The notes under the pieces are model-generated. The model had not been told where the DNA came from, did no database searches, and saw only the letters and a program-made list of their open reading frames with translations. From assembly GCA_965225855.1 (NCBI GenBank), contig CBDDCK010000005.1:288001-352000 (forward strand): a stretch of DNA of 64,000 nt, given 5' to 3'. How positions within the stretch are numbered: position 1 is the first letter of the stretch; each line of letters opens with the position of its first letter. Source of the DNA: Spirochaetia bacterium (lineage in GTDB: Bacteria; Spirochaetota; Spirochaetia; SP-2023). This document shows positions 19,915 to 30,730 of this stretch, in pieces. Made by a program: the position numbers and the translations under genes.

Positions 19915-21810
19915 CTACTCATCAATACTTGAAAATTCTTCAACTTGCTCAATAATTTCAGGACGATCTCGGCTCAAGATTACTGCGCTTTGGTTCAATT
20001 GTTGTAGCGATTTGCGTACTCGATTTAATTGTTGCATTTGGGCTTCCGAATTGCCCCCTGTGCCTACCGTATTTCCACTATCGTCTGCAGGGCGGTTGTA
20101 CCCTCCACTTAAAGAGTTGTTAAGCCCATTTTTTAAAGAATCCGGAGCATTGCTATAGCCATCATTTTGTTCTTGATAAGCGCCTTCATTGCCAGAAGTT
20201 GGTGACGAGTTTGGTCTTACTTGTGTTTGAGAACTAGCTAAGCCATTGTTTGCTGGATTGTTGCCTTGGTTATTGCTCGCATTATTGCCACCCTCTAAAT
20301 CATTTTCATTTAACAAGTTAGTTGCATTTTTGCCTTGGTTATTGTCCCCGCCAAAGCTGTTGCCATTATTGCCTTGACTCCCGGCTAAGGCGTTGCCGTT
20401 TAACAAGTTAGTTGCATTGTTTGCTGGATTGTTGCCTTGGTTATTGCTCGCATTATTGCCACCCTCTAAATCATTTTCATTTAACAAGTTAGTTGCATTT
20501 TTGCCTTGGTTATTGTCCCCGCCAAAGCTGTTGCCATTATTGCCTTGACTCCCGGCTAAGGCGTTGCCGTTTAACAAGTTAGTTGCATTGTTTGCTGGAT
20601 TGTTGCCTTGGTTATTGCTCGCATTATTGCCACCCTCTAAATCATTTTCATTTAACAAGTTAGTTGCATTTTTGCCTTGGTTATTGTCCCCGCCAAAGCT
20701 GTTGCCATTATTGCCTTGACTCCCGGCTAAGGCGTTGCCGTTTAACAAGTTAGTTGCATTGTTTGCTGGATTGTTGCCTTGGTTATTGCTCGCATTATTG
20801 CCACCCTCTAAATCATTTTCATTTAACAAGTTAGTTGCATTTTTGCCTTGGTTATTGTCCCCGCCAAAGCTGTTGCCATTATTGCCTTGACTCCCGGCTA
20901 AGGCGTTGCCGTTTAACAAGTTAGTTGCATTGTTTGCTGGATTGTTGCCTTGGTTATTGCTCGCATTATTGCCACCCTCTAAATCATTTTCATTTAACAA
21001 GTTAGTTGCATTTTTGCCTTGGTTATTGTCCCCGCCAAAGCTGTTGCCATTATTACCTTGGCTCTCCGCTAAGCCGTTGCGAATTGGGTCATTGGATTGA
21101 GGAAATATTTTACCATTCTCAGGATATTGCCCATTTCCAGTAATGCGTCCCCCATCTTTCTGGATACGCCCTTGAGCACCCAATTTCATCAATTTATCAA
21201 TAACTTTTTCGATTTTTTCCCGCTGGGCGTCAAAAGGCTTACGGAATAAAAAATATGTATAATCATTGAGCGCATTAGAATAAAATCCATGACTCAAATA
21301 TAAATTGGCCCGATTTAAAAAAGCCTGAACCAGTTGTTTTTGGCCCCAAGTGGCTAGATTATAAGCATCTAACGCTTTATCATAGCGGCCTAGTGAATAG
21401 TAATAATTGCCCAATACAAACGCAATTTTTTGCATGTTTTCACCTTGGAGATTCACACCAGTTATCAAAGTTTGTTCTGCTAGGCTATTTTGTCCTAAAA
21501 TTTGATGTGCGGTGCCTAAATAAATATACAATAAGTCATTATCAGGGAATGAAAGCGCAGCTTCGCTAAGGTACTTTACCGCATCTAACCAGTTGCTTTT
21601 ATGGTAGGCTTGATAGCCTAATTGCAATAATTGCTCGGGATTCCAAGAATCGCGTTCAGCTATTTCATTTTGTTCTTGCGCAACAGTTTGCTTTTGCGGT
21701 TGTAATAGTAAAGTGAATGCGATAAAAACCAACATCAATCGAGTAAGACAAAATCGACTACCTATATTCCTACCAATAGAAAAACTCATTTTTTGTATTT
21801 TCGCATTCAT
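19915..21810 (-). CDS. Exported TPR protein with Asn-rich 57-aa tandem repeats
   Basis: Signal/TM segment, N-terminal TPRs, repeat region. Confidence 0.8.
   Translation of the reverse strand: MNAKIQKMSFSIGRNIGSRFCLTRLMLVFIAFTLLLQPQKQTVAQEQNEIAERDSWNPEQLLQLGYQAYHKSNWLDAVKYLSEAALSFPDNDLLYIYLGTAHQILGQNSLAEQTLITGVNLQGENMQKIAFVLGNYYYSLGRYDKALDAYNLATWGQKQLVQAFLNRANLYLSHGFYSNALNDYTYFLFRKPFDAQREKIEKVIDKLMKLGAQGRIQKDGGRITGNGQYPENGKIFPQSNDPIRNGLAESQGNNGNSFGGDNNQGKNATNLLNENDLEGGNNASNNQGNNPANNATNLLNGNALAGSQGNNGNSFGGDNNQGKNATNLLNENDLEGGNNASNNQGNNPANNATNLLNGNALAGSQGNNGNSFGGDNNQGKNATNLLNENDLEGGNNASNNQGNNPANNATNLLNGNALAGSQGNNGNSFGGDNNQGKNATNLLNENDLEGGNNASNNQGNNPANNATNLLNGNALAGSQGNNGNSFGGDNNQGKNATNLLNENDLEGGNNASNNQGNNPANNGLASSQTQVRPNSSPTSGNEGAYQEQNDGYSNAPDSLKNGLNNSLSGGYNRPADDSGNTVGTGGNSEAQMQQLNRVRKSLQQLNQSAVILSRDRPEIIEQVEEFSSIDE
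20243..21065 (-). repeat. 171-bp coding tandem repeat, about 4.8 near-identical copies
   Basis: GCCTTGACTCCCGGCTAAGG recurs at 20371 and 20542 (period 171). Confidence 0.93.
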
Positions 21811-21872
21811 GGCAAGCCTCCCAACAACAATAACAGACGAATACCTACTATCTTGCCTATTTTTAATCCTGC

Positions 21873-22721
21873 CTAAAATATATTATTTTTATGAGTTTCC
21901 AGCAAAAAACGCAAAGTAGAACGCAGTACACGGCGGTCTACTACTTTATCGATAAAGCCTTTGTTTTGCAAAAATTCCGCTGTTTGAAAGCCTTCAGGCA
22001 ATTCTTCTTTTATCGTCCCTTCAATTACTCGCCTGCCGGCAAAACCAATCATCGCTCCCGGCTCGGCCAAAGTAATATCTCCCAACATCGCAAAGGAAGC
22101 GATTACCCCCCCGAAAGTTGGGTCCATCAAAATAGTGATTAAAGGTACGTGCAAACTTTCTAATAAAGCAATTGCATTCGCGGTTTTCGCCATTTGCATC
22201 AGTGAAAAAATTCCCTCGTGCATGCGCGCACCACCAGAAGCTGTAAAAAGAATAGCAGGGATACCTTTATCTGCTGCATGCAAAATCAAACGAGTGATTT
22301 TTTCGCCAACAACCGAGCCCATGCTGCCACCCATAAACTCAAAAGACATCACGGCAATCACAACATCATTGCCGCAAACCTTACCTGTTCCGGTAATTAC
22401 GCCATCTTTTATCCCCGCTTTACGCCGACTCTGTTCTAGCTTATCTTCATAACCAATCATTTTAATAGGGTTTACACTCGCTATATCCGAACTCAATTCA
22501 ACAAAAGAACCTTCATCAAGAGTAATGGCAATTCGATCTTTTACGGGAATCCGCAAATGATAGCCACAATGTATACAAACCATCAAGTTTTTGCGCAAGT
22601 CCTCGCCCGATACCACCGTATGACACGAGCTACAATCCAATTCTTCTGTAATGCGCAAGCCAATAGAACCCTTGTTCCATTGTAAATTTTCTGCTTCTAA
22701 GATATTCACTTGCATAATCAT
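21873..22721 (-). CDS. accD: Acetyl-CoA carboxylase carboxyltransferase beta subunit
   Basis: C4 zinc finger, FMGGSMGSVVGEK, SGGARMHEG, GFAGRRVIE. Confidence 0.95.
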   Translation of the reverse strand: MIMQVNILEAENLQWNKGSIGLRITEELDCSSCHTVVSGEDLRKNLMVCIHCGYHLRIPVKDRIAITLDEGSFVELSSDIASVNPIKMIGYEDKLEQSRRKAGIKDGVITGTGKVCGNDVVIAVMSFEFMGGSMGSVVGEKITRLILHAADKGIPAILFTASGGARMHEGIFSLMQMAKTANAIALLESLHVPLITILMDPTFGGVIASFAMLGDITLAEPGAMIGFAGRRVIEGTIKEELPEGFQTAEFLQNKGFIDKVVDRRVLRSTLRFLLETHKNNIF

Positions 22722-22723
22722 TC

Positions 22724-24049
22724 CTATTTTTTCGCAGAGATAATTTTGCCATATATATCAGTACCAAATTTACCAACACGAAAAGCTGAACTTTGTAAAA
22801 TCGTCAACTGTTCTTCGAGGTTGACTTTTATGCCTTCAATCACCAATTCTTGTAAAGCTCTTTCCATTCGCTTTAAGCCTTCTTCACGGTTCATGGCCCC
22901 GACAATAATTTTTGCAACCATAGAATCATAAAATGGAGAGACATTGCAACCCGAATACAAAAACGTATCGGTACGAGTCATTGGGCCTTGCGGCGCTCCA
23001 AATTTCGTAACGGGCCCTGGCGTAAGAGCATTGATACGAGCTTCCAACGCATAGCCGCGCAAGCAAATATCTTGCTGCCGAATTTCCATATTTTCACCAA
23101 TGCAACCCAGTATCTGCTGGCGAATAATATCGACTCCTGTAATCATTTCTGTTACTGGATGCTCAACTTGAACACGAGCGTTCACTTCCATAAAGTAGTA
23201 TTGGCCTTCATGAACCAAAAACTCGATAGTACCAGCACCCGCATAATTTAAATGTTGGAACAAGCGAATGGCATCTTGGCCCATTTTTTCACGCATTTCT
23301 GGGCTAACTACATTAGAGGGACTTTCTTCCAGCAATTTTTGGTGATTTTTTTGCACAGAGCAATCGCGCTCCCCCAAGTGCAAAACGTTATCGCGGCCAT
23401 CACCCAATACTTGAATTTCCACATGGCGCGGAGAGCGCAGATATTTTTCCATATAGATGGTACCGTCAGCAAAATTACTTTCGGCTTCGTTGGCCGCTAC
23501 TTTTAAAGCGTTGGGCAATTCTTCTGGAGCTTCGACTATCCGCATGCCACGCCCACCGCCACCGGCTGCTGCTTTAATAATCACTGGATAGCCAATATTT
23601 ACAGCTAACTCTTTTGCTTTTTCTAGCTGGTTATTTATCGATTCTTTACTACCGGGAATGGTAGGAATCCCCACTTTTTGGGCTATGTGCTTGGCTTCCA
23701 CTTTATCACCTAAGGCACTGATCACTTTTGATTCAGCTCCGATAAATATTAGTCCATGCTCACGCACCAAGCCAGCAAATTTGGCATTTTCAGACAAAAA
23801 ACCAACCCCGGGGTGGATTGCATCACACTGCATATTCGCAGCAACTGAAATGAGGCTATCCATACGCAAGTAACTTTTAGCTGACGGTGGTGCCCCAATA
23901 CAAAATGCCTTGTCGGCCATTTGTACATGCAAAGCATCTTTATCGGCTTCAGAATAAACGGCAACGGTTTTTATACCCATTTCTCTGCAAGTACGGATAA
24001 TGCGCACGGCAATTTCACCGCGATTGGCAATAAGCAGGGAGCGAATCAT
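22724..24049 (-). CDS. accC: Biotin carboxylase
   Basis: IANRGEIAVR, GGGGRGMR, RDCS, EVNARVQVEHPVTE. Confidence 0.97.
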   Translation of the reverse strand: MIRSLLIANRGEIAVRIIRTCREMGIKTVAVYSEADKDALHVQMADKAFCIGAPPSAKSYLRMDSLISVAANMQCDAIHPGVGFLSENAKFAGLVREHGLIFIGAESKVISALGDKVEAKHIAQKVGIPTIPGSKESINNQLEKAKELAVNIGYPVIIKAAAGGGGRGMRIVEAPEELPNALKVAANEAESNFADGTIYMEKYLRSPRHVEIQVLGDGRDNVLHLGERDCSVQKNHQKLLEESPSNVVSPEMREKMGQDAIRLFQHLNYAGAGTIEFLVHEGQYYFMEVNARVQVEHPVTEMITGVDIIRQQILGCIGENMEIRQQDICLRGYALEARINALTPGPVTKFGAPQGPMTRTDTFLYSGCNVSPFYDSMVAKIIVGAMNREEGLKRMERALQELVIEGIKVNLEEQLTILQSSAFRVGKFGTDIYGKIISAKK

Positions 24050-24492
24050 ATACGCTTGACCTCGAATAATGGGGTATTAAATTCAACCATTACTCCATTA
24101 TCCACCAAAACTTTCACTACTTCACAATCAAATTCAGCTTTTAATTCATTCATGAGCTTCATCGCTTCCAAGATACAAATGGTTTGCCCTTTGGTAATAC
24201 GCTCCCCTTCGTTGGCAAAGTACGGGGCATCGGGTGCTGGTTGGCGATAAAAATTACCCACAATAGGGGCCCGAATCAATTCAGCTCCATCGCTAACGAC
24301 TGCACTATTTTCTACAGCTACTTCAGCTGCAGCTGTAGACGCATTTGCTGGTGCTGCAACCACCGTTGGTTGATGGGTTACGACTTCTGCTTTTTGCAAG
24401 CGGATAGTCCCTTGTTTACTTTCAAACAAAAGTTCATGAATATTACGCTTTTCAAATTCAGCCATCAATTCATACAAAAATTCTTTATCCAT
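24046..24492 (-). CDS. accB: Biotin carboxyl carrier protein
   Basis: EAMKLMNE biotinylation motif. Confidence 0.96.
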   Translation of the reverse strand: MDKEFLYELMAEFEKRNIHELLFESKQGTIRLQKAEVVTHQPTVVAAPANASTAAAEVAVENSAVVSDGAELIRAPIVGNFYRQPAPDAPYFANEGERITKGQTICILEAMKLMNELKAEFDCEVVKVLVDNGVMVEFNTPLFEVKRI

Positions 24493-25002
24493 AATGAAAG
24501 TCCTTATTTAAATACTACTCAAGGAAGCTATGCAAGAAACGAGCAGGAAGTTATCCTAGCAAAAATTCCAACTCTAGGGAAGGCAAGTACTAGAGTTTAT
24601 CAAGAAGCACATAGAACAAATAAAGAAATAATATCGTCTAGTCAATAACAATTTAGATTGGAATATTTTCAACTAAAATATTCGTGCTTTCTACTTAGGC
24701 CATAAGCCTATTGAAGAAATGACTGGCTATTGAATCAATAAGTCCAAAGATTTTAGCAAAAACATGATAATGCCTGCACTCTTTGCCCCTTTCTTTGCAC
24801 AGGGGCTTGTTCGGTTTGCGCCCATTAGCTTGGTTGTTTTAGCCTTTGGCTATATTGGCTTCCCGTATTTACCAAGGCTATAATTGGCCAATGCAAGCAT
24901 TGCAACAACAAGATACAGCCTAATAAGCCCAACAAAAAAGCCAACCAAGCATTGCTTGCAGCATTTACTTGGTTGGCCTGCCCGCTAGCTTTGACTTAGC
25001 TA

Positions 25003-27216
25003 CTATAAATTACCAACGATAATATAATTTGTTGTTGTGTCTGCTGGACTACCCATTACAAATCCTGCTGCTCCTTCAAGGTTGTAATAACCATCAGCAT
25101 CTTGAAAACCAGCTTTAACCAGTATCTTATTGGCTTCCGCTTTTACACTACCGCTTAAAGTAATAGTTACGCTTGTTATACTTGCTGCAGAACCTGTGGC
25201 TGTGTTTTCACCTACGGTTGCGTGCTGGGGTAATGTGTATCTCTTCTTACCATCACCGGATACAAGCGTCAATTTGCTGAAGTCCCAGTCTGCAACTGTT
25301 GTCGGTAAATCAGTACCATTAATCGTTAACACGCCTGTACCAACATTGTAGATTGCGTTGGTGATATGGCTTACACGCCCACTAACGGTAATAGGGTTAT
25401 TGCTTGTGTCTTCAGCGCTACCACCTGCAAATCCTGCTGCTGCTTCCAGGTTGTAAAAACCATCAGCATCACTATCACCATTCTTAACCAATATACTATC
25501 GGCTTTCCCTTTTTCAGTACCCTTTAAAGTAATCGTTAAGCTTGTTGCACTTGCACGAGAACCTTTGGCTCTACTAAAACCGAATGTTGGGTTGTGCCGT
25601 AATAATGGGGCACTCTTAGTACGACCATTACCTGCGACAAGCCTCAATTTGGTGAAGTCCCAGCCTTTAACTGTTTTTGGTAAATTGACACCTGTAATCA
25701 CTAACACGCCTGTAGCAGCATTGTAGGTTGCACGGGTAATTGTGGGTGGGTTTCCACTAACGGCCAAGGCTTTGGCTGTATTTAAACCCGCCCAAGCACC
25801 AGTGCCAACGCTAAGCAACCCATCTTTTAGACCATTGCTATCCATACCTGTCTTGCCATTCAGAGTAGCTTTATGTTGATCGGTAAGGTAAAGCCAAAGC
25901 GCTGTGCCAGCGCTATGCAGGCGGTACTTACCTTTTGCAAGACCGCGACTATCTGGCCCAGTGGCTGTGGCATCTGCAATATAGGAACTTAAGGCTAAGC
26001 CATCTACCACGATGGTTTGGATTTGCGCTTGGGTCGCAGTTGTAGCACTTAAGTGAGTACCTTGCAAGGTTAGCAGCGCCATGCCAACATGGTAGCTTGC
26101 ACTGGTAATTGCGGCTTCAGGCGACTCCTCTTCAGCTTGTTCGACTTGTTCGTCTTCTTCAGCTTGTTCGTCTTCAGTTTGCTTAGATGGCTGATTGTCA
26201 TCGGATACTTTAGACTGCTTATTTTCGGGTATATTCCTAACTTCCAAGTCTTTGGCTGTATCTAAACCCGCCCAAGCACCAGAGCTAGTAAGCAACCCTT
26301 TTTTTAGACCATTGCTATCCATACCTGTCTTGCCATTCAGAGTAGCTTTATGTTGATCGGTAAGGTAAAGCCAAAGCGCTGTGCCAGCGCTATGCAGGCG
26401 GTACTTACCTTTTGCAAGACCGCGACTATCTGGCCCAGTGGCTGTGGCATCTGCAATATAGGAACTTAAGGCTAAGCCATCTACCACGATGGTTTGGATT
26501 TGCGCTTGGGTCGCAGTTGTAGCACTTAAGTGAGTACCTTGCAAGGTTAGCAGCGCCATGCCAACATCGTAGCTTGCACTGGTAATTGCGGCTTCTTCGG
26601 CTTCGGTTTGCTTAGACAACTGCTTATCTTCAGCTTGCTTAGGCGACTGATCTTCGGCTTTAGGTTGCTTAGGCGACTGATCTTCGGCTTTAGGTTGCTT
26701 AGGCGACTCTTCTTCAGCTTGTTCGTCTTGTTCGTCTTCTTCAGCTTGTTCGGGTATATACTTAAAGACCAAGTCTCTAGGTGTATTTAAACCCGCCCAA
26801 GCACCAGAGCTAACGCTAAGCAAGCCTTTTTTTAGACCATTGCTACCCACCTTGGCCTCAAGAGCAGCTTTATGTTCATCTTTAAGTTTCAGCCAAAGCT
26901 TTGTGCCATCGGTTGCAATACGGTACTTACCTTTTGCAAGACCGCTACTATCTGGCCCAGTGGCTGGGTCATCTGCAGTATAGGAACTTAAGGCTACGCC
27001 ATCTACTACGATGGTTTGGATTTGGGCTTCTGTAGGACTTAAGTTAGAACCTTGTACGGTTAACAGAGCCGTAGCAAAGTCGTAGATGGCATTATTGATA
27101 GACGGCCCAGAAGATGGCCCAGAAGATCGATCATCGTCATCGGGTGGGGCGCAGGCCAAGGCCATAAAGGCCAGTAGCCAGGCTACTGGCAATAAAAGTA
27201 GTTTGAGCTTATACAT
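25003..27216 (-). CDS. Modular surface lipoprotein/adhesin, paralog 2 (A-linker-A-linker-A-B-B)
   Basis: Same signal peptide, lipobox and domains as 2017-4215; second and third A domains nearly identical in DNA. Confidence 0.85.
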   Translation of the reverse strand: MYKLKLLLLPVAWLLAFMALACAPPDDDDRSSGPSSGPSINNAIYDFATALLTVQGSNLSPTEAQIQTIVVDGVALSSYTADDPATGPDSSGLAKGKYRIATDGTKLWLKLKDEHKAALEAKVGSNGLKKGLLSVSSGAWAGLNTPRDLVFKYIPEQAEEDEQDEQAEEESPKQPKAEDQSPKQPKAEDQSPKQAEDKQLSKQTEAEEAAITSASYDVGMALLTLQGTHLSATTATQAQIQTIVVDGLALSSYIADATATGPDSRGLAKGKYRLHSAGTALWLYLTDQHKATLNGKTGMDSNGLKKGLLTSSGAWAGLDTAKDLEVRNIPENKQSKVSDDNQPSKQTEDEQAEEDEQVEQAEEESPEAAITSASYHVGMALLTLQGTHLSATTATQAQIQTIVVDGLALSSYIADATATGPDSRGLAKGKYRLHSAGTALWLYLTDQHKATLNGKTGMDSNGLKDGLLSVGTGAWAGLNTAKALAVSGNPPTITRATYNAATGVLVITGVNLPKTVKGWDFTKLRLVAGNGRTKSAPLLRHNPTFGFSRAKGSRASATSLTITLKGTEKGKADSILVKNGDSDADGFYNLEAAAGFAGGSAEDTSNNPITVSGRVSHITNAIYNVGTGVLTINGTDLPTTVADWDFSKLTLVSGDGKKRYTLPQHATVGENTATGSAASITSVTITLSGSVKAEANKILVKAGFQDADGYYNLEGAAGFVMGSPADTTTNYIIVGNL

Positions 27217-27395
27217 AAGCAATACCTCCAACAATGGATAAAGATTAACCAACCCATACGGGCTAGTCTGTAAATCCCCATTTTGCTAGGGGGGGTGTTG
27301 CGTCAAGGCCTATACAAGCTTTTTGTAAGTTTTTTTATGTTTGGGCACTTTTTTTGTGTGTTAGTGTTGTAAGGTGGTTCAAAATCCATGCCAAT
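27217..27395 (-). promoter_or_regulatory. Conserved leader, copy 2 (proximal part only; C7 tract)
   Basis: Reverse complement matches about 1810-2016. Confidence 0.65.
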
Positions 27396-28007
27396 CAAAA
27401 GGCTTGGGGGTATGCGATAGCAGGCGCAACGCCAACTATGCCAACCGTGCCAACCCAACCATGCCAACCATTGGGCGGTATCAATATATCGCAGTTGGGG
27501 TCATCGGCCCGCAATATATAGCCAGATATTGTGCAAGTCGTCTAAAATGCCAGCATTGACGCTGTGGGCTAAGGTCAAAGCATCGGCATACTGGCCCTAT
27601 TTGAGGTCGTCCCAGTTTTGGCTTTTTACGATGTTGTTGGGTTTTAGGAAGTCTATGGCCTGCTTATTTTTATGGTTTTTAGTGCCTTGCTATGATACAT
27701 CTTTCCGCCTTCGATCAAGGCCTTGATCCAAGGCGGATCAATACCTTACTCCAATGGGGATCAAGGCATTACTCCAATGCGGAAAGCTATATTGTAGCAA
27801 GACAGGCGATGACTTGTAGATTGGCATCGGCAAACCAATTGCGTTTGTATGTGCGTTTGTATGGCTATTTCGGTTTGTTGCTTTGGATTGTTGCTTTGGA
27901 TTGTTGGTTGGGGGTGGGTTATAGGGGCAATAACATCACTGACACCGATAAAACTTGCAATATAGATACTTGACAACTTGCTTCAAATCTATAAATTAGC
28001 CTAGCTC

Positions 28008-28946
28008 ATGAACAATACAATCACACCATTACAGAAAAATACCCATACGCTAGCATTTATTGCCACTCTTTTGGCTTTTTTGTGTTTCAGCTTAATGGAC
28101 TCGATTATACGCTATCTTGGCAATGAATTACCTACCATATATTTTAGCTTCCAACAAAGGGCCTTTACTTGCGCAATACTCTTTATAACCATGCTGGCTG
28201 TTAGTATAAAAAATCAATCACTAGCTATATTTAAAATACAGCACCCCGTTTCACTCTTTGTAATAGGGGTTTTATTGTATGCGATTACTATACTATTTGT
28301 GCGCACCTTTACATTGTTACCTTTAAGCAATGCCTATTCTATTATATTTTCTTTACCACTGTTTACTGTATTATTTGCCAGAGTTTTTATTAAAGAAACG
28401 ATCAGCATCATACAACTTAGCGGTATTATAGGTGGCTTTGTTGGAATCCTGATTATATTACAGCCTGGTCTGATCAGCTTTTCAATTGGTTATTTGTTTG
28501 CTTTACTTGGTGTTGGGATTGAAGCCCCCATGTTTATCATGATACGCCATTACCATAAAGAAAATCACCCATTCAGTGTGGCTTTCTATTCTAATCTGGT
28601 AGCACTATTATTGCTATACATTACAGAGCTAATATATAATACGGGTGAATCTGTTGTAATGGACTACCGAATATTTACTTTTATTACATTATTTGCCACT
28701 ATCTCTGTCGCCAATCAATTTTTGCTAAACTTTTCACTAAAATACTTAAAAGCTGGCTTATCGCTAAGTATGCAGTTTTCCCAAATTATCTGGGGGGCCG
28801 TCTTTGGCTACATATTCTTTAAAGATAAAGAATACAATACTTCTTACTTTATGGGTACAGCTATCATCATACTATGCAGCGTTATCGTCAGCACCAATAA
28901 ATTTCCTTTTACCAAAAAGAAAGAATCGCCACTCACGAAAGTTTAG
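28008..28946 (+). CDS. DMT/EamA family transporter
   Basis: About 10 TM helices, two EamA-like halves, GFVGILIILQPG. Confidence 0.85.
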   Translation: MNNTITPLQKNTHTLAFIATLLAFLCFSLMDSIIRYLGNELPTIYFSFQQRAFTCAILFITMLAVSIKNQSLAIFKIQHPVSLFVIGVLLYAITILFVRTFTLLPLSNAYSIIFSLPLFTVLFARVFIKETISIIQLSGIIGGFVGILIILQPGLISFSIGYLFALLGVGIEAPMFIMIRHYHKENHPFSVAFYSNLVALLLLYITELIYNTGESVVMDYRIFTFITLFATISVANQFLLNFSLKYLKAGLSLSMQFSQIIWGAVFGYIFFKDKEYNTSYFMGTAIIILCSVIVSTNKFPFTKKKESPLTKV

Positions 28947-28968
28947 CGAAAGGAGTTTCAAAGTATTT

Positions 28969-29442
28969 ATGGAAAGTAAGGACAAGCCACCCAAAAACAA
29001 CAGTACCCGCCAAAAAGTCATACGCATTTTGGCATACTCTACCGTCTACCTAGTGTTAAATTTAATCATGCAATGGGTGGTTTTAAGTATCTTAATGCTA
29101 GCAGACTCGCGCATGCTAAGCGGTATAGAATACCGCCACTATATTTTGGTTGCCCTAAATATGTTTATTACTGCTTCTTTATACAGTGGTATACTAAGTA
29201 GGCTAGAAGGTGGTTTAGAGAAGATCACCCTAAAGCTTATTGCAACTTTCCACAAACTAAGCAAAGCCTTTATAGGGGTTACAGGCTCACTGGGCCTAAT
29301 CTATTACCTACTATTTGCAGCCTATTACAAAAACATTTTTGGTCAAAACATATTACCAGACTTTGTCAAACAAGGCTGGCATTCCATAGCCTACTATTTC
29401 AACCTCTATATCGTCCAACCAATCCTAAATTGGCTAGGCTAA
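28969..29442 (+). CDS. Hypothetical membrane protein
   Basis: ATG 28969 downstream of AAGGAG; about three hydrophobic segments. Confidence 0.6.
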   Translation: MESKDKPPKNNSTRQKVIRILAYSTVYLVLNLIMQWVVLSILMLADSRMLSGIEYRHYILVALNMFITASLYSGILSRLEGGLEKITLKLIATFHKLSKAFIGVTGSLGLIYYLLFAAYYKNIFGQNILPDFVKQGWHSIAYYFNLYIVQPILNWLG

Positions 29443-29469
29443 AGCTATAGTACACTAAAGAGAGAAAAA

Positions 29470-29923
29470 ATGATATATGATGCAACAATGTCTTTAACAT
29501 TATAAGAAGAAGTTTCAGCCGGTATTCAACGAAATAGAACGCATAGAAAATAAAATTTACCAACAAAAAGGCTGGTGGATATTTACATCACATGTTTACT
29601 CGCAAGAAGATTTGCTGCAATCAGAACACCATGAAAGGATCAATTCCATAACAGAGAAGATTGGCGATGATGTAAAACATTGGGAGAGAGCCAAAGGGAA
29701 ACTTAGTAGTTTTGTACAAATAGCCTATTATTATAGATATAAAGTAGAATCTACCTTACATGATGTCAATAAAGCAATAGAAAATAGAGAACCAACTTGG
29801 TGGGAACAATGTAAAGATGCTTTGGGAGGTTTTGTAGTAAAGATCATGAACAATCTTCCAGAATTAGAAAGATTCTTGAAATTATTGCCTGCTTTAAAGA
29901 AAGGTATCAAATATATAACTTAA
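29470..29923 (+). pseudogene. Hypothetical protein, probably frameshifted near the 5' end
   Basis: Open frame runs from 29498 to 29923, but ATG 29470 is one base out of frame. Confidence 0.45.
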
Positions 29924-29970
29924 AAGAAATAATTAGTAAACTGTGTATTCAATAAAGGTCTTTAGAACCA

Positions 29971-30708
29971 ATGGCAGCCTTAAAAGATATAAAAGACACA
30001 AACAATACAGTGGCAAACATGCAATGGCCCTGTTCTGTAGTTATTGTTGAAAGCCCTTCGGCCAATCTCAATTCTATTTATATTGCCCTAAAGCGCATTC
30101 AAAACCTAAGCCAAACCCATTCGGAGCAGCCTAGTTTTACACTAAAACTTAGCCGCAATCCAGAGGAAATCCTTGCAGCAGAACGCGTAATATTCCCCGG
30201 TGTCGGCAACGCCAATTATATTATCAAAGAGCTAGAACAGACTGGCTTGGCCAAAACCTTACAACAAGTGCAAAGCCCCATCTTAGGCATCTGCTTGGGA
30301 ATGCAATTGCTATTTGAACAACTCAGTGAAGGCCAACAACAACCTGGCCTAGGACTTTTGCCCGGTTGCATACAACCATTGCGCCCAGCCTTACACAACA
30401 AGCTATCTGTGCCCCACATGGGTTGGAATACCATAGAAGCACAGCAACAAGCTAATTATCAAATACTAAAACCAGCCTATGCAGCTACAAGACAATGGCA
30501 AGCCTATTTTGTCCACAGCTACTATCTACCGCTAAGCTCTATAACTGTAGCCAGCTGCCATTACGGCAAAGTGCCGATTAGCGCCATTGTTCGTGGGCAA
30601 GGGGTGGCAAAACATATCTGGGGTTGCCAATTTCACCCTGAGAAATCAGGCTCTGTAGGTGCTACACTTTTGCATAACTGGCTACTATATGCCAACCAAA
30701 CAACTTAA
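29971..30708 (+). CDS. hisH: Imidazole glycerol phosphate synthase, glutaminase subunit
   Basis: FPGVG, LGICLGMQ, VPHMGWN, YFVHSY, QFHPEKS; start uncertain. Confidence 0.93.
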   Translation: MAALKDIKDTNNTVANMQWPCSVVIVESPSANLNSIYIALKRIQNLSQTHSEQPSFTLKLSRNPEEILAAERVIFPGVGNANYIIKELEQTGLAKTLQQVQSPILGICLGMQLLFEQLSEGQQQPGLGLLPGCIQPLRPALHNKLSVPHMGWNTIEAQQQANYQILKPAYAATRQWQAYFVHSYYLPLSSITVASCHYGKVPISAIVRGQGVAKHIWGCQFHPEKSGSVGATLLHNWLLYANQTT

Positions 30709-30730
30709 AAGTCAGGCCAAAGGAACCATT

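Noticed and set aside
27374..27976. Short ORFs and TGCCAACC micro-repeats upstream of paralog 2
   Set aside because: No RBS or recognisable motif; low-complexity intergenic DNA.
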